A DNA stretch of 64,000 nucleotides, from the NCBI GenBank assembly GCA_964016885.1, contig OZ024757.1, forward strand, positions 3,100,001 through 3,164,000. Direction: 5' to 3'. Positions 40,081 to 53,620 of this stretch are shown here, piece after piece. Both the position numbers and the translations under genes were made by a program. Under the pieces are notes generated by a model that searched no databases, was not told the DNA's origin, and saw nothing but the letters and a program-made list of their open reading frames with translations. The stretch's first letter is position 1. Every line of letters starts with the position of its first letter. The stretch comes from Eledone cirrhosa. Its lineage: Eukaryota.

Positions 40081-43000
40081 AGATTCTTTCCTGAGACATT
40101 CTAACCACATGTCTGTAGTATCAGACGTGTGATCTCTCAATTCAGAGATTCTTTCCTGAGACATTCTAACCACATGTCTGTAGTATCAGAGCTGTGATAT
40201 TTCAATTCAGAGATTCTTTCCTGAGACATTCTAACCACATGTCTATAGTATCAGAGCTGTGATCTCTCAACTCAGAGATTCTTTCCTGAGACATTCTAAC
40301 CACATGTCTATAGTATCAGAGCTGTGATCTCTCAATTCAGAGATTCTTTCCTGAAACATTCCCGCCACCAATCTGTAGTATCAGCGTTGTGATCTCTCAA
40401 TTCAGAGATTCTTTTCTCAGAGATTCTAACCACATTTTTATAGTATCAGAGCTGTGATCTCTCAATTTAGAGATTCTTTCCTGAGGCATTCTAACCACAT
40501 GTCTATAGCATCAGAGCTGTGATCTCTCAATTTAGAGATTCTTTCCTGAGACATTCTAACCACATGTCTGTAGTATCAGAGCTGTGATCTCACAATTCAG
40601 AGATTCTTTCCTGCGACATTCTAACCACATGTCTGTAGTATCAGAGCTGTGATCTCTTAATTCAGAGATTCTTTCCTGAGACATTCTAACCACATGTCTA
40701 TAGTATCTGAGCTGTGATCACTCAATTCAGAGATTCTTTCCTGAGACATTCTAACCACATGTCTGTAGTATCAGAGGTGTGACCTCTCAATTCAGAGATT
40801 CTTTCCTGAGACATGCTAACCACATGTCTGTAGTATCAGAGCTGTGATCTCTCAATTCAGAGATTCTTTCCTGAGACATTCTAACCACATGTCTATAGTA
40901 TCAGAGCTGTGATCTCTCAATTCAGAGATTCTTTCCTGAGACATTCTAACCACATGTCTGTAGTATCAGAGCTGTGATCTCTCAATTCAGAGATTCTTTC
41001 CTCAGACATTCTAACCACATGTCTGTAGTATCAGAGCTGTGATCTCTCAATTCAGAGATTCTTTTCTCAGACATTCTAACCACATTTTTATAGTATCAGA
41101 GCTGTGATCTCTCAATTTAGAGATTCTTTCCTGAGGCATTCTAACCACATGTCTATAGCATCAGAGCTGTGATCTCTCAATTCAGAGATTCTTTCCTGAG
41201 ACATTCTAACCACATGTCTGTAGTATCAGAGCTGTGATCTCTCAATTCAGAGATTCTTTCCTGCGACATTCTAACCACATATCTGTAGTATCAGAGCTGT
41301 GATCTCTTAATTCAGAGATTCTTTCCTGAGACATTCTAACCACATGTCTATAGTATCAGAGCTGTGATCTCTCAATTCAGAGATTCTTTCCTGAGACCTT
41401 CTAACCACATGTCTGTAGTATCAGAGGTGTGACCTCTCAATTCAGAGATTCTTTCCTGAGACATGCTAACCACATGTCTGTAGTATCAGAGCTGTGATCT
41501 CTCAATTCAGAGATTCTTTCCTGAGACATTCTAACCACATGTCTGTAGTATCAGAGCTGTGATCTCTCAATTCAGAGATTCTTTTCTCAGACATTCTAAC
41601 CACATTTTTTTAGTATCAGAGCTGTGATCTCTCAATTTAGAGATTCTTTCCTGAGGCATTCTAACCACATGTCTATAGCATCAGAGCTGTGATCTCTCAA
41701 TTCAGAGATTCTTTCCTGAGACATTCTAACCACATGTCTGTAGTATCAGAGCTGTGATCTCTCAATTCAGAGATTCTTTCCTGCGACATTCTAACCACAT
41801 GTCTGTAGTATCAGAGCTGTGATCTCTTAATTCAGAGATTCTTTCCTGAGACATTCTAACCACATGTCTATAGTATCAGAGCTGTGATCTCTCAATTCAG
41901 AGATTCTTTCCTGAGACATTCTAACCACATGTCTGTAGTATCAGAGGTGTGACCTCTCAATTCAGAGATTCTTTCCTGAGACATGCTAACCACATGTCTG
42001 TAGTATCAGAGCTGTGATCTCTCAATTCAGAGATTCTTTCCTGAGACATTCTAACCACATGTCTAGAGTATCAGAGCTGTGATCTCTCAATTCAGAGATT
42101 CTTTCCTGAGACATTCTAACCACATGTCTGTAGTATCAGAGCTGTGATCTCTCAATTCAGAGATTCTTTCCTCAGACATTCTAACCACATGTCTGTAGTA
42201 TCAGAGCTGTGATCTCTCAATTTAGAGATTCTTTCCTGAGACATTCTAACCACATATCTATAGTATTAGAGCTGTGATCTCTCAATTCAAAGATTATTTC
42301 CAGAGATATTCTTACCACATGTCTGTAGTATCAGAGCTGTGATCTCTCAATTCAGAGATTCTTTCCTGAGACATTCTAACCACATATCTATAGTATCAGA
42401 GCTGTGATCTCTCAATTCAGAGATTCTTTCCTGAGACATTCTAACCACATGTCTGTAGTATCAGAGCTGTGATCTCTCAATTCAGAGATTCTTTCCTCAG
42501 ACATTCTATCCACATGTCTGTAGTATCAGAGCTGTGATCTCTCAATTTAGAGATTCTTTCCTGAGACATTCTAACCACATATCTATAGTATTAGAGCTGT
42601 GATCTCTCAATTCAAAGATTCTTTCCAGAGATATTCTTACCACATGTCTGTAGTATCAGAGGTGTGATCTCTCAATTCAGAGATTCTTTCCTGAGACATT
42701 CTAACCACATGTCTATAGTATCAGAGCTGTGATCTCTCAATTCAGAGATTCTTTCCTGAGACATGCTAACCACATGTCTGTAGTATTAGAGCTGTGATCT
42801 CTCAATTCAAAGATTCTTTCCAGAGATATTCTTACCACATGTCAGTAGTATCAGAGCTGTGATCTCTCAATTCAGAGATTCTTTCCTGAGACATTCCCGC
42901 CACCAAACTGTAGTATCAGAGCTGTGATCTCTCAATTTAGAGATTCTTTCCTGAGGCATTCTAACCACATGTCTGTAGTATCAGAGCTGTGATCTCTCAA

Positions 43001-44430
43001 TTCAGAGATTCTTTCCTGAGACATTCTAACCACATGTCTGTAGTATCAGACGTGTGATCTCTCAATTCAGAGATTCTTTCCTGAGACATTCTAACCACAT
43101 GTCTGTAGTATCAGAGCTGTGATATTTCAATTCAGAGATTCTTTCCTGAGACATTCTAACCACATGTCTATAGTATCAGAGCTGTGATCTCTCAACTCAG
43201 AGATTCTTTCCTGAGACATTCTAACCACATGTCTATAGTATCAGAGCTGTGATCTCTCAATTCAGAGATTCTTTCCTGAAACATTCCCGCCACCAATCTG
43301 TAGTATCAGCGTTGTGATCTCTCAATTCAGAGATTCTTTTCTCAGAGATTCTAACCACATTTTTATAGTATCAGAGCTGTGATCTCTCAATTTAGAGATT
43401 CTTTCCTGAGGCATTCTAACCACATGTCTATAGCATCAGAGCTGTGATCTCTCAATTTAGAGATTCTTTCCTGAGACATTCTAACCACATGTCTGTAGTA
43501 TCAGAGCTGTGATCTCACAATTCAGAGATTCTTTCCTGCGACATTCTAACCACATGTCTGTAGTATCAGAGCTGTGATCTCTTAATTCAGAGATTCTTTC
43601 CTGAGACATTCTAACCACATGTCTATAGTATCTGAGCTGTGATCACTCAATTCAGAGATTCTTTCCTGAGACATTCTAACCACATGTCTGTAGTATCAGA
43701 GGTGTGACCTCTCAATTCAGAGATTCTTTCCTGAGACATGCTAACCACATGTCTGTAGTATCAGAGCTGTGATCTCTCAATTCAGAGATTCTTTCCTGAG
43801 ACATTCTAACCACATGTCTATAGTATCAGAGCTGTGATCTCTCAATTCAGAGATTCTTTCCTGAGACATTCTAACCACATGTCTGTAGTATCAGAGCTGT
43901 GATCTCTCAATTCAGAGATTCTTTCCTCAGACATTCTAACCACATGTCTGTAGTATCAGAGCTGTGATCTCTCAATTCAGAGATTCTTTTCTCAGACATT
44001 CTAACCACATTTTTATAGTATCAGAGCTGTGATCTCTCAATTTAGAGATTCTTTCCTGAGGCATTCTAACCACATGTCTATAGCATCAGAGCTGTGATCT
44101 CTCAATTCAGAGATTCTTTCCTGAGACATTCTAACCACATGTCTGTAGTATCAGAGCTGTGATCTCTCAATTCAGAGATTCTTTCCTGAGACATTCTAAC
44201 CACATATCTGTAGTATCAGAGCTGTGATCTCTTAATTCAGAGATTCTTTCCTGAGACATTCTAACCACATGTCTATAGTATCAGAGCTGTGATCTCTCAA
44301 TTCAGAGATTCTTTCCTGAGACCTTCTAACCACATGTCTGTAGTATCAGAGGTGTGACCTCTCAATTCAGAGATTCTTTCCTGAGACATGCTAACCACAT
44401 GTCTGTAGTATCAGAGCTGTGATCTCTCAA
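38910..44430 (+). repeat. 45-monomer (2925-bp) tandem duplication
   Basis: ctatcc 39581/42506, cacaatt 40591/43516, atctgtag 41281/44206 and gacctt 41395/44320 are all 2925 bp apart. Confidence 0.88.
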
Positions 44431-47400
44431 TTCAGAGATTCTTTTCTGAGACATTCTAACCACATGTCTATAGTATCAGAGCTGTGATCTCTCAATTCAG
44501 AGATTCTTTCCTGAGACATTCTAACCACATGTCTGTAGTATCAGAGCTGTGATCTCTCAATTTAGAGATTCTTTCCTGAGACATTCTAACCACATATATA
44601 TAGTATTAGAGCTGTGATCTCTCAATTCAAAGATTATTTCCAGAGATATTCTTACCACATGTCTGTAGTATCAGAGCTGTGATCTCTCAATTCAGAGATT
44701 CTTTCCTGAGACATTCTAACCACATGTCTATAGTATCAGAGCTGTGATCTCTCAATTCAGAGATTCTTCCCTGAGACATGCTAACCACATGTCTGTAGTA
44801 TTAGAGCTGTGATCTCTCAATTCAAAGATTCTTTCCAGAGATATTCTTACCACATGTCAGTAGTATCAGAGCTGTGATCTCTCAATTCAGAGATTCTTTC
44901 CTGAGACATTCCCGCCACCAATCTGTAGTATCAGAGCTGTGATCTCTCAATTCAGAGATTCTTTCCTGAGGCATTCTAACCACATGTCTGTAGTATCAGA
45001 GCTGTGATCTCTCAATTCAGAGATTCTTTCCTGAGACATTCTAACCACATGTCTATAGTATCAGAGCTGTGATCTCTCAATTCAGAGATTCTTTCCTGAA
45101 ACATTCCCGCCACCAATCTGTAGTATCAGCGTTGTGATCTCTCAATTCAGAGATTCTTTCCTGAGACATTCTAACCACATGTCTGTAGTATCAGAGCTGT
45201 GATCTCTCAATTCAGAGATTCTTTCCTGCGACATTCTAACCACATGTCTGTAGTATCAGAGCTGTGATCTCTTAATTCAGAGATTCTTTCCTGAGACATT
45301 CTAACCACATGTCTATAGTATCAGAGCTGTGATCTCTCAATTCAGAGATTCTTTCCTGAGACCTTCTAACCACATGTCTGTAGTATCAGAGGTGTGACCT
45401 CTCAATTCAGAGATTCTTTCCTGAGACATGCTAACCACATGTCTGTAGTATCAGAGCTGTGATCTCTCAATTCAGAGATTCTTTTCTGAGACATTCTAAC
45501 CACATGTCTATAGTATCAGAGCTGTGATCTCTCAATTCAGAGATTCTTTCCTGAAACATTCTAACCACATATCTATAGTATTAGTGCTGTGATCTCTCAA
45601 TTCAAAGATTCTTTCCAGAGATATTCTTACCACATGTCTGTAGTATCAGAGCTGTGATCTCTCAATTCAGAGATTCTTTCCTGAGACATTCTAACCACAT
45701 ATCTATAGTATTAGATCTGTGATCTCTCAATTCAAAGATTCTTTCCAGAGATATTCTAACCACATATCTATAGTTGTAGAGCTGTGATCTCTCAATTCAA
45801 AGATTCTTTCCAGAGATATTCTTACCACATGTCTGTAGTATCAGAGCTGTGATCTCTCAATTCAGAGATTCTTTCCTGAGACATTCCCGCCACCAATCTG
45901 TAGTATCAGCGTTGTGATCTCTCAATTCAGAGATTCCTTCATGAGACATTCTAACCACATGTCTATAGTATCAGAGCTGTGATCTCTCGATTCAGAGATT
46001 CTTTCCTGAGACATTCTAACCACATGTCTGTAGTATCAGATCTGTGATCTCTCAATCCAGAGATTCTTTCTTGAGACATTCTAACCACATGTCTGTAGTA
46101 TCAGAGCTGTGATCTCTCAATTCAGAGATTCTTTGCTGCGACATCCTAAACACATATCTATAGTATCAGAGCTGTGATCTCTCAATTCAGAGATTCTTTC
46201 CTGAGACATTCTAACCACATGTCTGTAGTATCAGAGCTGTGATCTCTCAATTCAGAGATTCTTTCCTCAGAAATTCTAACCACATGTCTGTAGTATCAGA
46301 TCTGTGATCTCTCAATTTAGAGATTCTTTCCTGAGACATTCTAACCACATATCTATAGTATTAGAGCTGTGATCTCTCAATTCAAAGATTCTTTCCAGAG
46401 ATATTCTTACCACATGTCTGTAGTATCAGAGCTGTGATCTCTCAATTCAGAGATTCTTTCCTGAGACATTCTAACCACATGTCTATAGTATCAGAGCTGT
46501 GATCTCTCAATTCAGAGATTCTTTCCTGAGACATGCTAACCACATGTCTGTAGTATTAGAGCTGTGATCTCTCAATTCAAAGATTCTTTCCAGAGATATT
46601 CTTACCACATGTCAGTAGTATCAGAGCTGTGATCTCTCAACTCAGAGATTCTTTCCTGAGACATTCTAACCACATGTCTATAGTATCAGAGCTGTGAACT
46701 CTCAATTCAGAGATTCTTTCCTGAAACATTCCCGCCACCAATCTGTAGTATCAGCGTTGTGATCTCTCAATTCAGAGATTATTTTCTCAGACATTCTAAC
46801 CACATTTTTATAGTATCAGAGCTGTGATCTCTCAATTTAGAGATTCTTTCCTGAGGCATTCTAACCACATGTCTATAGCATCAGAGCTGTGATCTCTCAA
46901 TTCAGAGATTCTTTCCTGAGACATTCTAACCACATGTCTGTAGTATCAGAGCTGTGATCTCGCAATTCAGAGATTCTTTCCTGCGACATTCTAACCACAT
47001 GTCTGTAGTATCAGAGCTGTGATCTCTTAATTCAGAGATTCTTTCCTGAGACATTCTAACCACATGTCTATAGTGTCAGAGCTGTGATCACTCAATTCAG
47101 AGATTCTTTCCTGAGACATTCTAACCACATGTCTGTAGTATCAGAGGTGTGACCTCTCAATTCAGAGATTCTTTCCTGAGACATTCTAACCACATGTCTG
47201 TAGTATCAGAGCTGTGATCTCTCAATTCAGAGATTCTTTCCTGAGACATTCTAACCACATGTCTATAGTATCAGAGCTGTGATCTCTCAATTCAGAGATT
47301 CTTTCCTGAGACATTCTAACCACATGTCTGTAGTATCAGAGCTGTGATCTCTCAATTCAGAGATTCTTTCCTCAGACATTCTAACCACATGTCTGTAGTA

Positions 47401-50400
47401 TCAGAGCTGTGATCTCTCAATTCAGAGATTCTTTTCTCAGACATTCTAACCACATTTTTATAGTATCAGAGCTGTGATCTCTCAATTTAGAGATTCTTTC
47501 CTGAGGCATTCTAACCACATGTCTATAGCATCAGAGCTGTGATCTCTCAATTCAGAGATTCTTTCCTGAGACATTCTAACCACATGTCTAGAGTATCAGA
47601 GCTGTGATCTCTCAATTCAGAGATTCTTTCCTGAGACATTCTAACCACATGTCTGTAGTATCAGAGCTGTGATCTCTCAATTCAGAGATTCTTTCCTCAG
47701 ACATTCTAACCACATGTCTGTAGTATCAGAGCTGTGATCTCTCAATTTAGAGATTCTTTCCTGAGACATTCTAACCACATATCTATAGTATTAGAGCTGT
47801 GATCTCTCAATTCAAAGATTATTTCCAGAGATATTCTTACCACATGTCTGTAGTATCAGAGCTGTGATCTCTCAATTCAGAGATTCTTTCCTGAGACATG
47901 CTAACCACATGTCTGTAGTATCAGAGCTGTGATCTCTCAATTCAGAGATTCTTTTCTGAGACATTCTAACCACATGTCTATAGTATCAGAGCTGTGATCT
48001 CTCAATTCAGAGATTCTTTCCTGAGACATTCTAACCACATGTCTGTAGTATCAGAGCTGTGATCTCTCAATTTAGAGATTCTTTCCTGAGACATTCTAAC
48101 CACATATATATAGTATTAGAGCTGTGATCTCTCAATTCAAAGATTATTTCCAGAGATATTCTTACCACATGTCTGTAGTATCAGAGCTGTGATCTCTCAA
48201 TTCAGAGATTCTTTCCTGAGACATTCTAACCACATGTCTATAGTATCAGAGGTGTGATCTCTCATTTCAGAGATTCTTCCCTGAGACATGCTAACCACAT
48301 GTCTATAGTATTAGAGCTGTGATCTCTCAATTCAAAGATTCTTTCCAGAGATATTCTTACCACATGTCAGTAGTATCAGAGCTGTGATCTCTCAATTCAG
48401 AGATTCTTTCCTGAGACATTCCCGCCACCAATCTGTAGTATCAGAGCTGTGATCTCTCAATTCAGAGATTCTTTCCTGAGGCATTCTAACCACATGTCTG
48501 TAGTATCAGAGCTGTGATCTCTCAATTCAGAGATTCTTTCCTGAGACATTCTAACCACATGTCTGTAGTATCAGAGGTGTGATCTCTCAATTCAGAGATT
48601 CTTTCCTGAGACATTCTAACCACATGTCTGTAGTATCAGAGCTGTGATATTTCAATTCAGAGATTCTTTCCTGAGATATTCTAACCACATGTCTATAGTA
48701 TCAGAGCTGTGATCTCTCAACTCAGAGATTCTTTCCTGAGACATTCTAACCACATGTCTATAGTATCAGAGCTGTGATCTCTCAATTCAGAGATTCTTTC
48801 CTGAAACATTCCCGCCACCAATCTGTAGTATCAGCGTTGTGATCTCTCAATTCAGAGATTCTTTCCTGAGACATTCTAACCACATGTCTGTAGTATCAGA
48901 GCTGTGATCTCTCAATTCAGAGATTCTTTCCTGCGACATTCTAACCACATGTCTATAGTATCAGAGGTGTGATCTCTCAATTCAGAGATTCTTTCCTGAG
49001 ACCTTCTAACCACATGTCTGTAGTATCAGAGGTGTGACCTCTCAATTCAGAGATTCTTTCCTGAGACATGCTAACCACATGTCTGTAGTATCAGAGCTGT
49101 GATCTCTCAATTCAGAGATTCTTTTCTGAGACATTCTAACCACATGTCTATAGTATCAGAGCTGTGATCTCTCAATTCAGAGATTCTTTCCTGAGAAATT
49201 CTAACCACATATCTATAGTATTAGAGCTGTGATCTCTCAATTCAAAGATTCTTTCCAGAGATATTCTAACCACATATCTATAGTTGTAGAGCTGTGATCT
49301 CTCAATTCAAAGATTCTTTCCAGAGATATTCTTACCACATGTCTGTAGTATCAGAGCTGTGATCTCTCAATTCAGAGATTCTTTCCTGAGACATTCCCGC
49401 CACCAATCTGTAGTATCAGCGTTGTGATCTCTCAATTCAGAGATTCCTTCATGAGACATTCTAACCACATGTCTATAGTATCAGAGCTGTGATCTCTCAA
49501 TTCAGAGATTCTTTCCTGAGACATTCTAACCACATGTCTGTAGTATCAGATCTGTGATCTCTCAATCCAGAGATTCTTTCTTGAGACATTCTAACCACAT
49601 GTCTGTAGTATCAGAGCTGTGATCTCTCAATTCAGAGATTCTTTCCTGCGACATTCTAACCACATGTCTATAGTATCAGAGCTGTGATCTCTCAATTCAG
49701 AGATTCTTTCCTGAGACATTCTAACCACATGTCTGTAGTATCAGAGCTGTGATCTCTCAATTCAGAGATTCTTTCCTCAGAAATTCTAACCACATGTCTG
49801 TAGTATCAGAGCTGTGATCTCTCAATTTAGAGATTCTTTCCTGAGGCATTCTAACCACATGTCTATAGCATCAGAGCTGTGATCTCTCAATTCGGAGATT
49901 CTTTCCTGAGACATTCTAACCACATGTCTGTAGTATCAGAGCTGTGATCTCGCAATTCAGAGATTCTTTCCTGCGACATTCTAACCACATGTCTGTAGTA
50001 TCAGAGCTGTGATCTCTTAATTCAGAGATTCTTTCCTGAGACATTCTAACCACATGTCTATAGTATCTGAGCTGTGATCACTCAATTCAGAGATTCTTTC
50101 CTGAGACATTCTAACCACATGTCTGTAGTATCAGAGGTGTGACCTCTCAATTCAGAGATTCTTTCCTGAGACATGCTAACCACATGTCTGTAGTATCAGA
50201 GCTGTGATCTCTCAATTCAGAGATTCTTTCCTGAGACATTCTAACCACATGTCTATAGTATCAGAGCTGTGATCTCTCAATTCAGAGATTCTTTCCTGAG
50301 ACATTCTAACCACATGTCTGTAGTATCAGAGCTGTGATCTCTCAATTCAGAGATTCTTTCCTCAGACATTCTAACCACATGTCTGTAGTATCAGAGCTGT

Positions 50401-52449
50401 GATCTCTCAATTCAGAGATTCTTTTCTCAGACATTCTAACCACATTTTTATAGTATCAGAGCTGTGATCTCTCAATTTAGAGATTCTTTCCTGAGGCATT
50501 CTAACCACATGTCTATAGCATCAGAGCTGTGATCTCTCAATTCAGAGATTCTTTCCTGAGACATTCTAACCACATGTCTGTAGTATCAGAGCTGTGATCT
50601 CTCAATTCAGAGATTCTTTCCTGCGACATTCTAACCACATGTCTGTAGTATCAGAGCTGTGATCTCTTAATTCAGAGATTCTTTCCTGAGACATTCTAAC
50701 CACATGTCTATAGTATCAGAGCTGTGATCTCTCAATTCAGAGATTCTTTCCTGAGACCTTCTAACCACATGTCTGTAGTATCAGAGGTGTGACCTCTCAA
50801 TTCAGAGATTCTTTCCTGAGACATGCTAACCACATGTCTGTAGTATCAGAGCTGTGATCTCTCAATTCAGAGATTCTTTTCTGAGACATTCTAACCACAT
50901 GTCTATAGTATCAGAGCTGTGATCTCTCAATTCAGAGATTCTTTCCTGAGACATTCTAACCACATGTCTGTAGTATCAGAGCTGTGATCTCTCAATTTAG
51001 AGATTCTTTCCTGAGACATTCTAACCACATATATATAGTATTAGAGCTGTCATCTCTGAATTCAAAGATTATTTCCAGAGATATTCTTACCACATGTCTG
51101 TAGTATCAGAGCTGTGATCTCTCAATTCAGAGATTCTTTCCTGAGACATTCTAACCACATGTCTATAGTATCAGAGCTGTGATCTCTCAATTCAGAGATT
51201 CTTCCCTGAGACATCGTAACCACATGTCTGTAGTATTAGAGCTGTGATCTCTCAATTCAAAGATTCTTTCCAGAGATATTCTTACCACATGTCAGTAGTA
51301 TCAGAGCTGTGATCTCTCAATTCAGAGATTCTTTCCTGAGACATTCCCGCCACCAATCTGTAGTATCAGAGCTGTGATCTCTCAATTCAGAGATTCTTTC
51401 CTGAGGCATTCTAACCACATGTCTGTAGTATCAGCGTTGTGATCTCTCAATTCAGAGATTATTTTCTCAGACATTCTAACCACATTTTTATAGTATCAGA
51501 GCTGTGATCTCTCAATTTAGAGATTCTTTCCTGAGGCATTCTAACCACATGTCTATAGCATCAGAGCTGTGATCTCTCAATTCAGAGATTCTTTCCTGAG
51601 ACATTCTAACCACATGTCTTTAGTATCAGAGCTGTGATCTCGCAATTCAGAGATTCTTTCCTGCGACATTCTAACCACATGTCTGTAGTATCAGAGCTGT
51701 GATCTCTTAATTCAGAGATTCTTTGCTGAGACATTCTAACCACATGTCTATAGTGTCAGAGCTGTGATCTCTCAATTCAGAGATTCTTTCCTCAGACATT
51801 CTAACCACATGTCTGTAGTATCAGAGCTGTGATCTCTCAATTCAGAGATTCTTTTCTCAGACATTCTAACCACATTTTTATAGTATCAGAGCTGTGATCT
51901 CTCAATTTAGAGATTCTTTCCTGAGGCATTCTAACCACATGTCTATAGCATCAGAGCTGTGATCTCTCAATTCAGAGATTCTTTCCTGAGACATTCTAAC
52001 CACATGTCTAGAGTATCAGAGCTGTGATCTCTCAATTCAGAGATTCTTTCCTGAGACATTCTAACCACCTGTCTGTAGTATCAGAGCTGTGATCTCTCAA
52101 TTCAGAGATTCTTTCCTCAGACATTCTAACCACATGTCTGTAGTATCAGAGCTGTGATCTCTCAATTTAGAGATTCTTTCCTGAGACATTCTAACCACAT
52201 ATCTATAGTATTAGAGCTGTGATCTCTCAATTCAAAGATTATTTACAGAGATATTCTTACCACATGTCTGTAGTATCAGAGCTGTGATCTCTCAATTCAG
52301 AGATTCTTTCCTGAGACATGCTAACCACATGTCTGTAGTATCAGAGCTGTGATCTCTCAATTCAGAGATTCTTTTCTGAGACATTCTAACCACATGTCTA
52401 TAGTATCAGAGCTGTGATCTCTCAATTCAGAGATTCTTTCCTGAGACAT

Positions 52450-53620
52450 TCTAACCACATGTCTGTAGTATCAGAGCTGTGATCTCTCAATTTAGAGATT
52501 CTTTCCTGAGACATTCTAACCACATATATATAGTATTAGAGCTGTGATCTCTCAATTCAAAGATTATTTCCAGAGATATTCTTACCACATGTCTGTAGTA
52601 TCAGAGCTGTGATCTCTCAATTCAGAGATTCTTTCCTGAGACATTCTAACCACATGTCTATAGTATCAGATCTGTGATCTCTCAATTCAGAGATTCTTCC
52701 CTGAGACATGCTAAACACATGTCTATAGTATTAGAGCTGTGATCTCTCAATTCAAAGATTCTTTCCAGAGATATTCTTACCACATGTCAGTAGTATCAGA
52801 GCTGTGATCTCTCAATTCAGAGATTCTTTCCTGAGACATTCCCGCCACCAATCTGTAGTATCAGAGCTGTGATCTCTCAATTCAGAGATTCTTTCCTGAG
52901 GCATTCTAACCACATGTCTGTAGTATCAGAGCTGTGATCTCTCAATTCAGAGATTCTTTCCTGAGACATTCTAACCACATGTCTGTAGTATCAGAGGTGT
53001 GATCTCTCAATTCAGAGATTCTTTCCTGAGACATTCTAACCACATGTCTGTAGTATCAGAGCTGTGATCTCTCAATTTAGAGATTCTTTCCTGAGACATT
53101 CTAACCACATATATATAGTATTAGAGCTGTGATCTCTCAATTCAAAGATTATTTCCAGAGATATTCTTACCACATGTCTGTAGTATCAGAGCTGTGATCT
53201 CTCAATTCAGAGATTCTTTCCTGAGACATTCTAACCACATGTCTATAGTATCAGATCTGTGATCTCTCAATTCAGAGATTCTTCCCTGAGACATGCTAAC
53301 CACATGTCTATAGTATTAGAGCTGTGATCTCTCAATTCAAAGATTCTTTCCAGAGATATTCTTACCACATGTCAGTAGTATCAGAGCTGTGATCTCTCAA
53401 TTCAGAGATTCTTTCCTGAGACATTCCCGCCACCAATCTGTAGTATCAGAGCTGTGATCTCTCAATTCAGAGATTCTTTCCTGAGGCATTCTAACCACAT
53501 GTCTGTAGTATCAGACCTGTGATCTCTCAATTCAGAGATTCTTTCCTGAGACATTCTAACCACATGTCTGTAGTATCAGAGGTGTGATCTCTCAATTCAG
53601 AGATTCTTTCCTGAGACATT
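52450..53620 (+). repeat. 9-monomer (585-bp) tandem duplication
   Basis: cacatatata 52521/53106, (aga)tctgtg 52671/53256 and CCG monomer 52837/53422 are all 585 bp apart. Confidence 0.88.
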
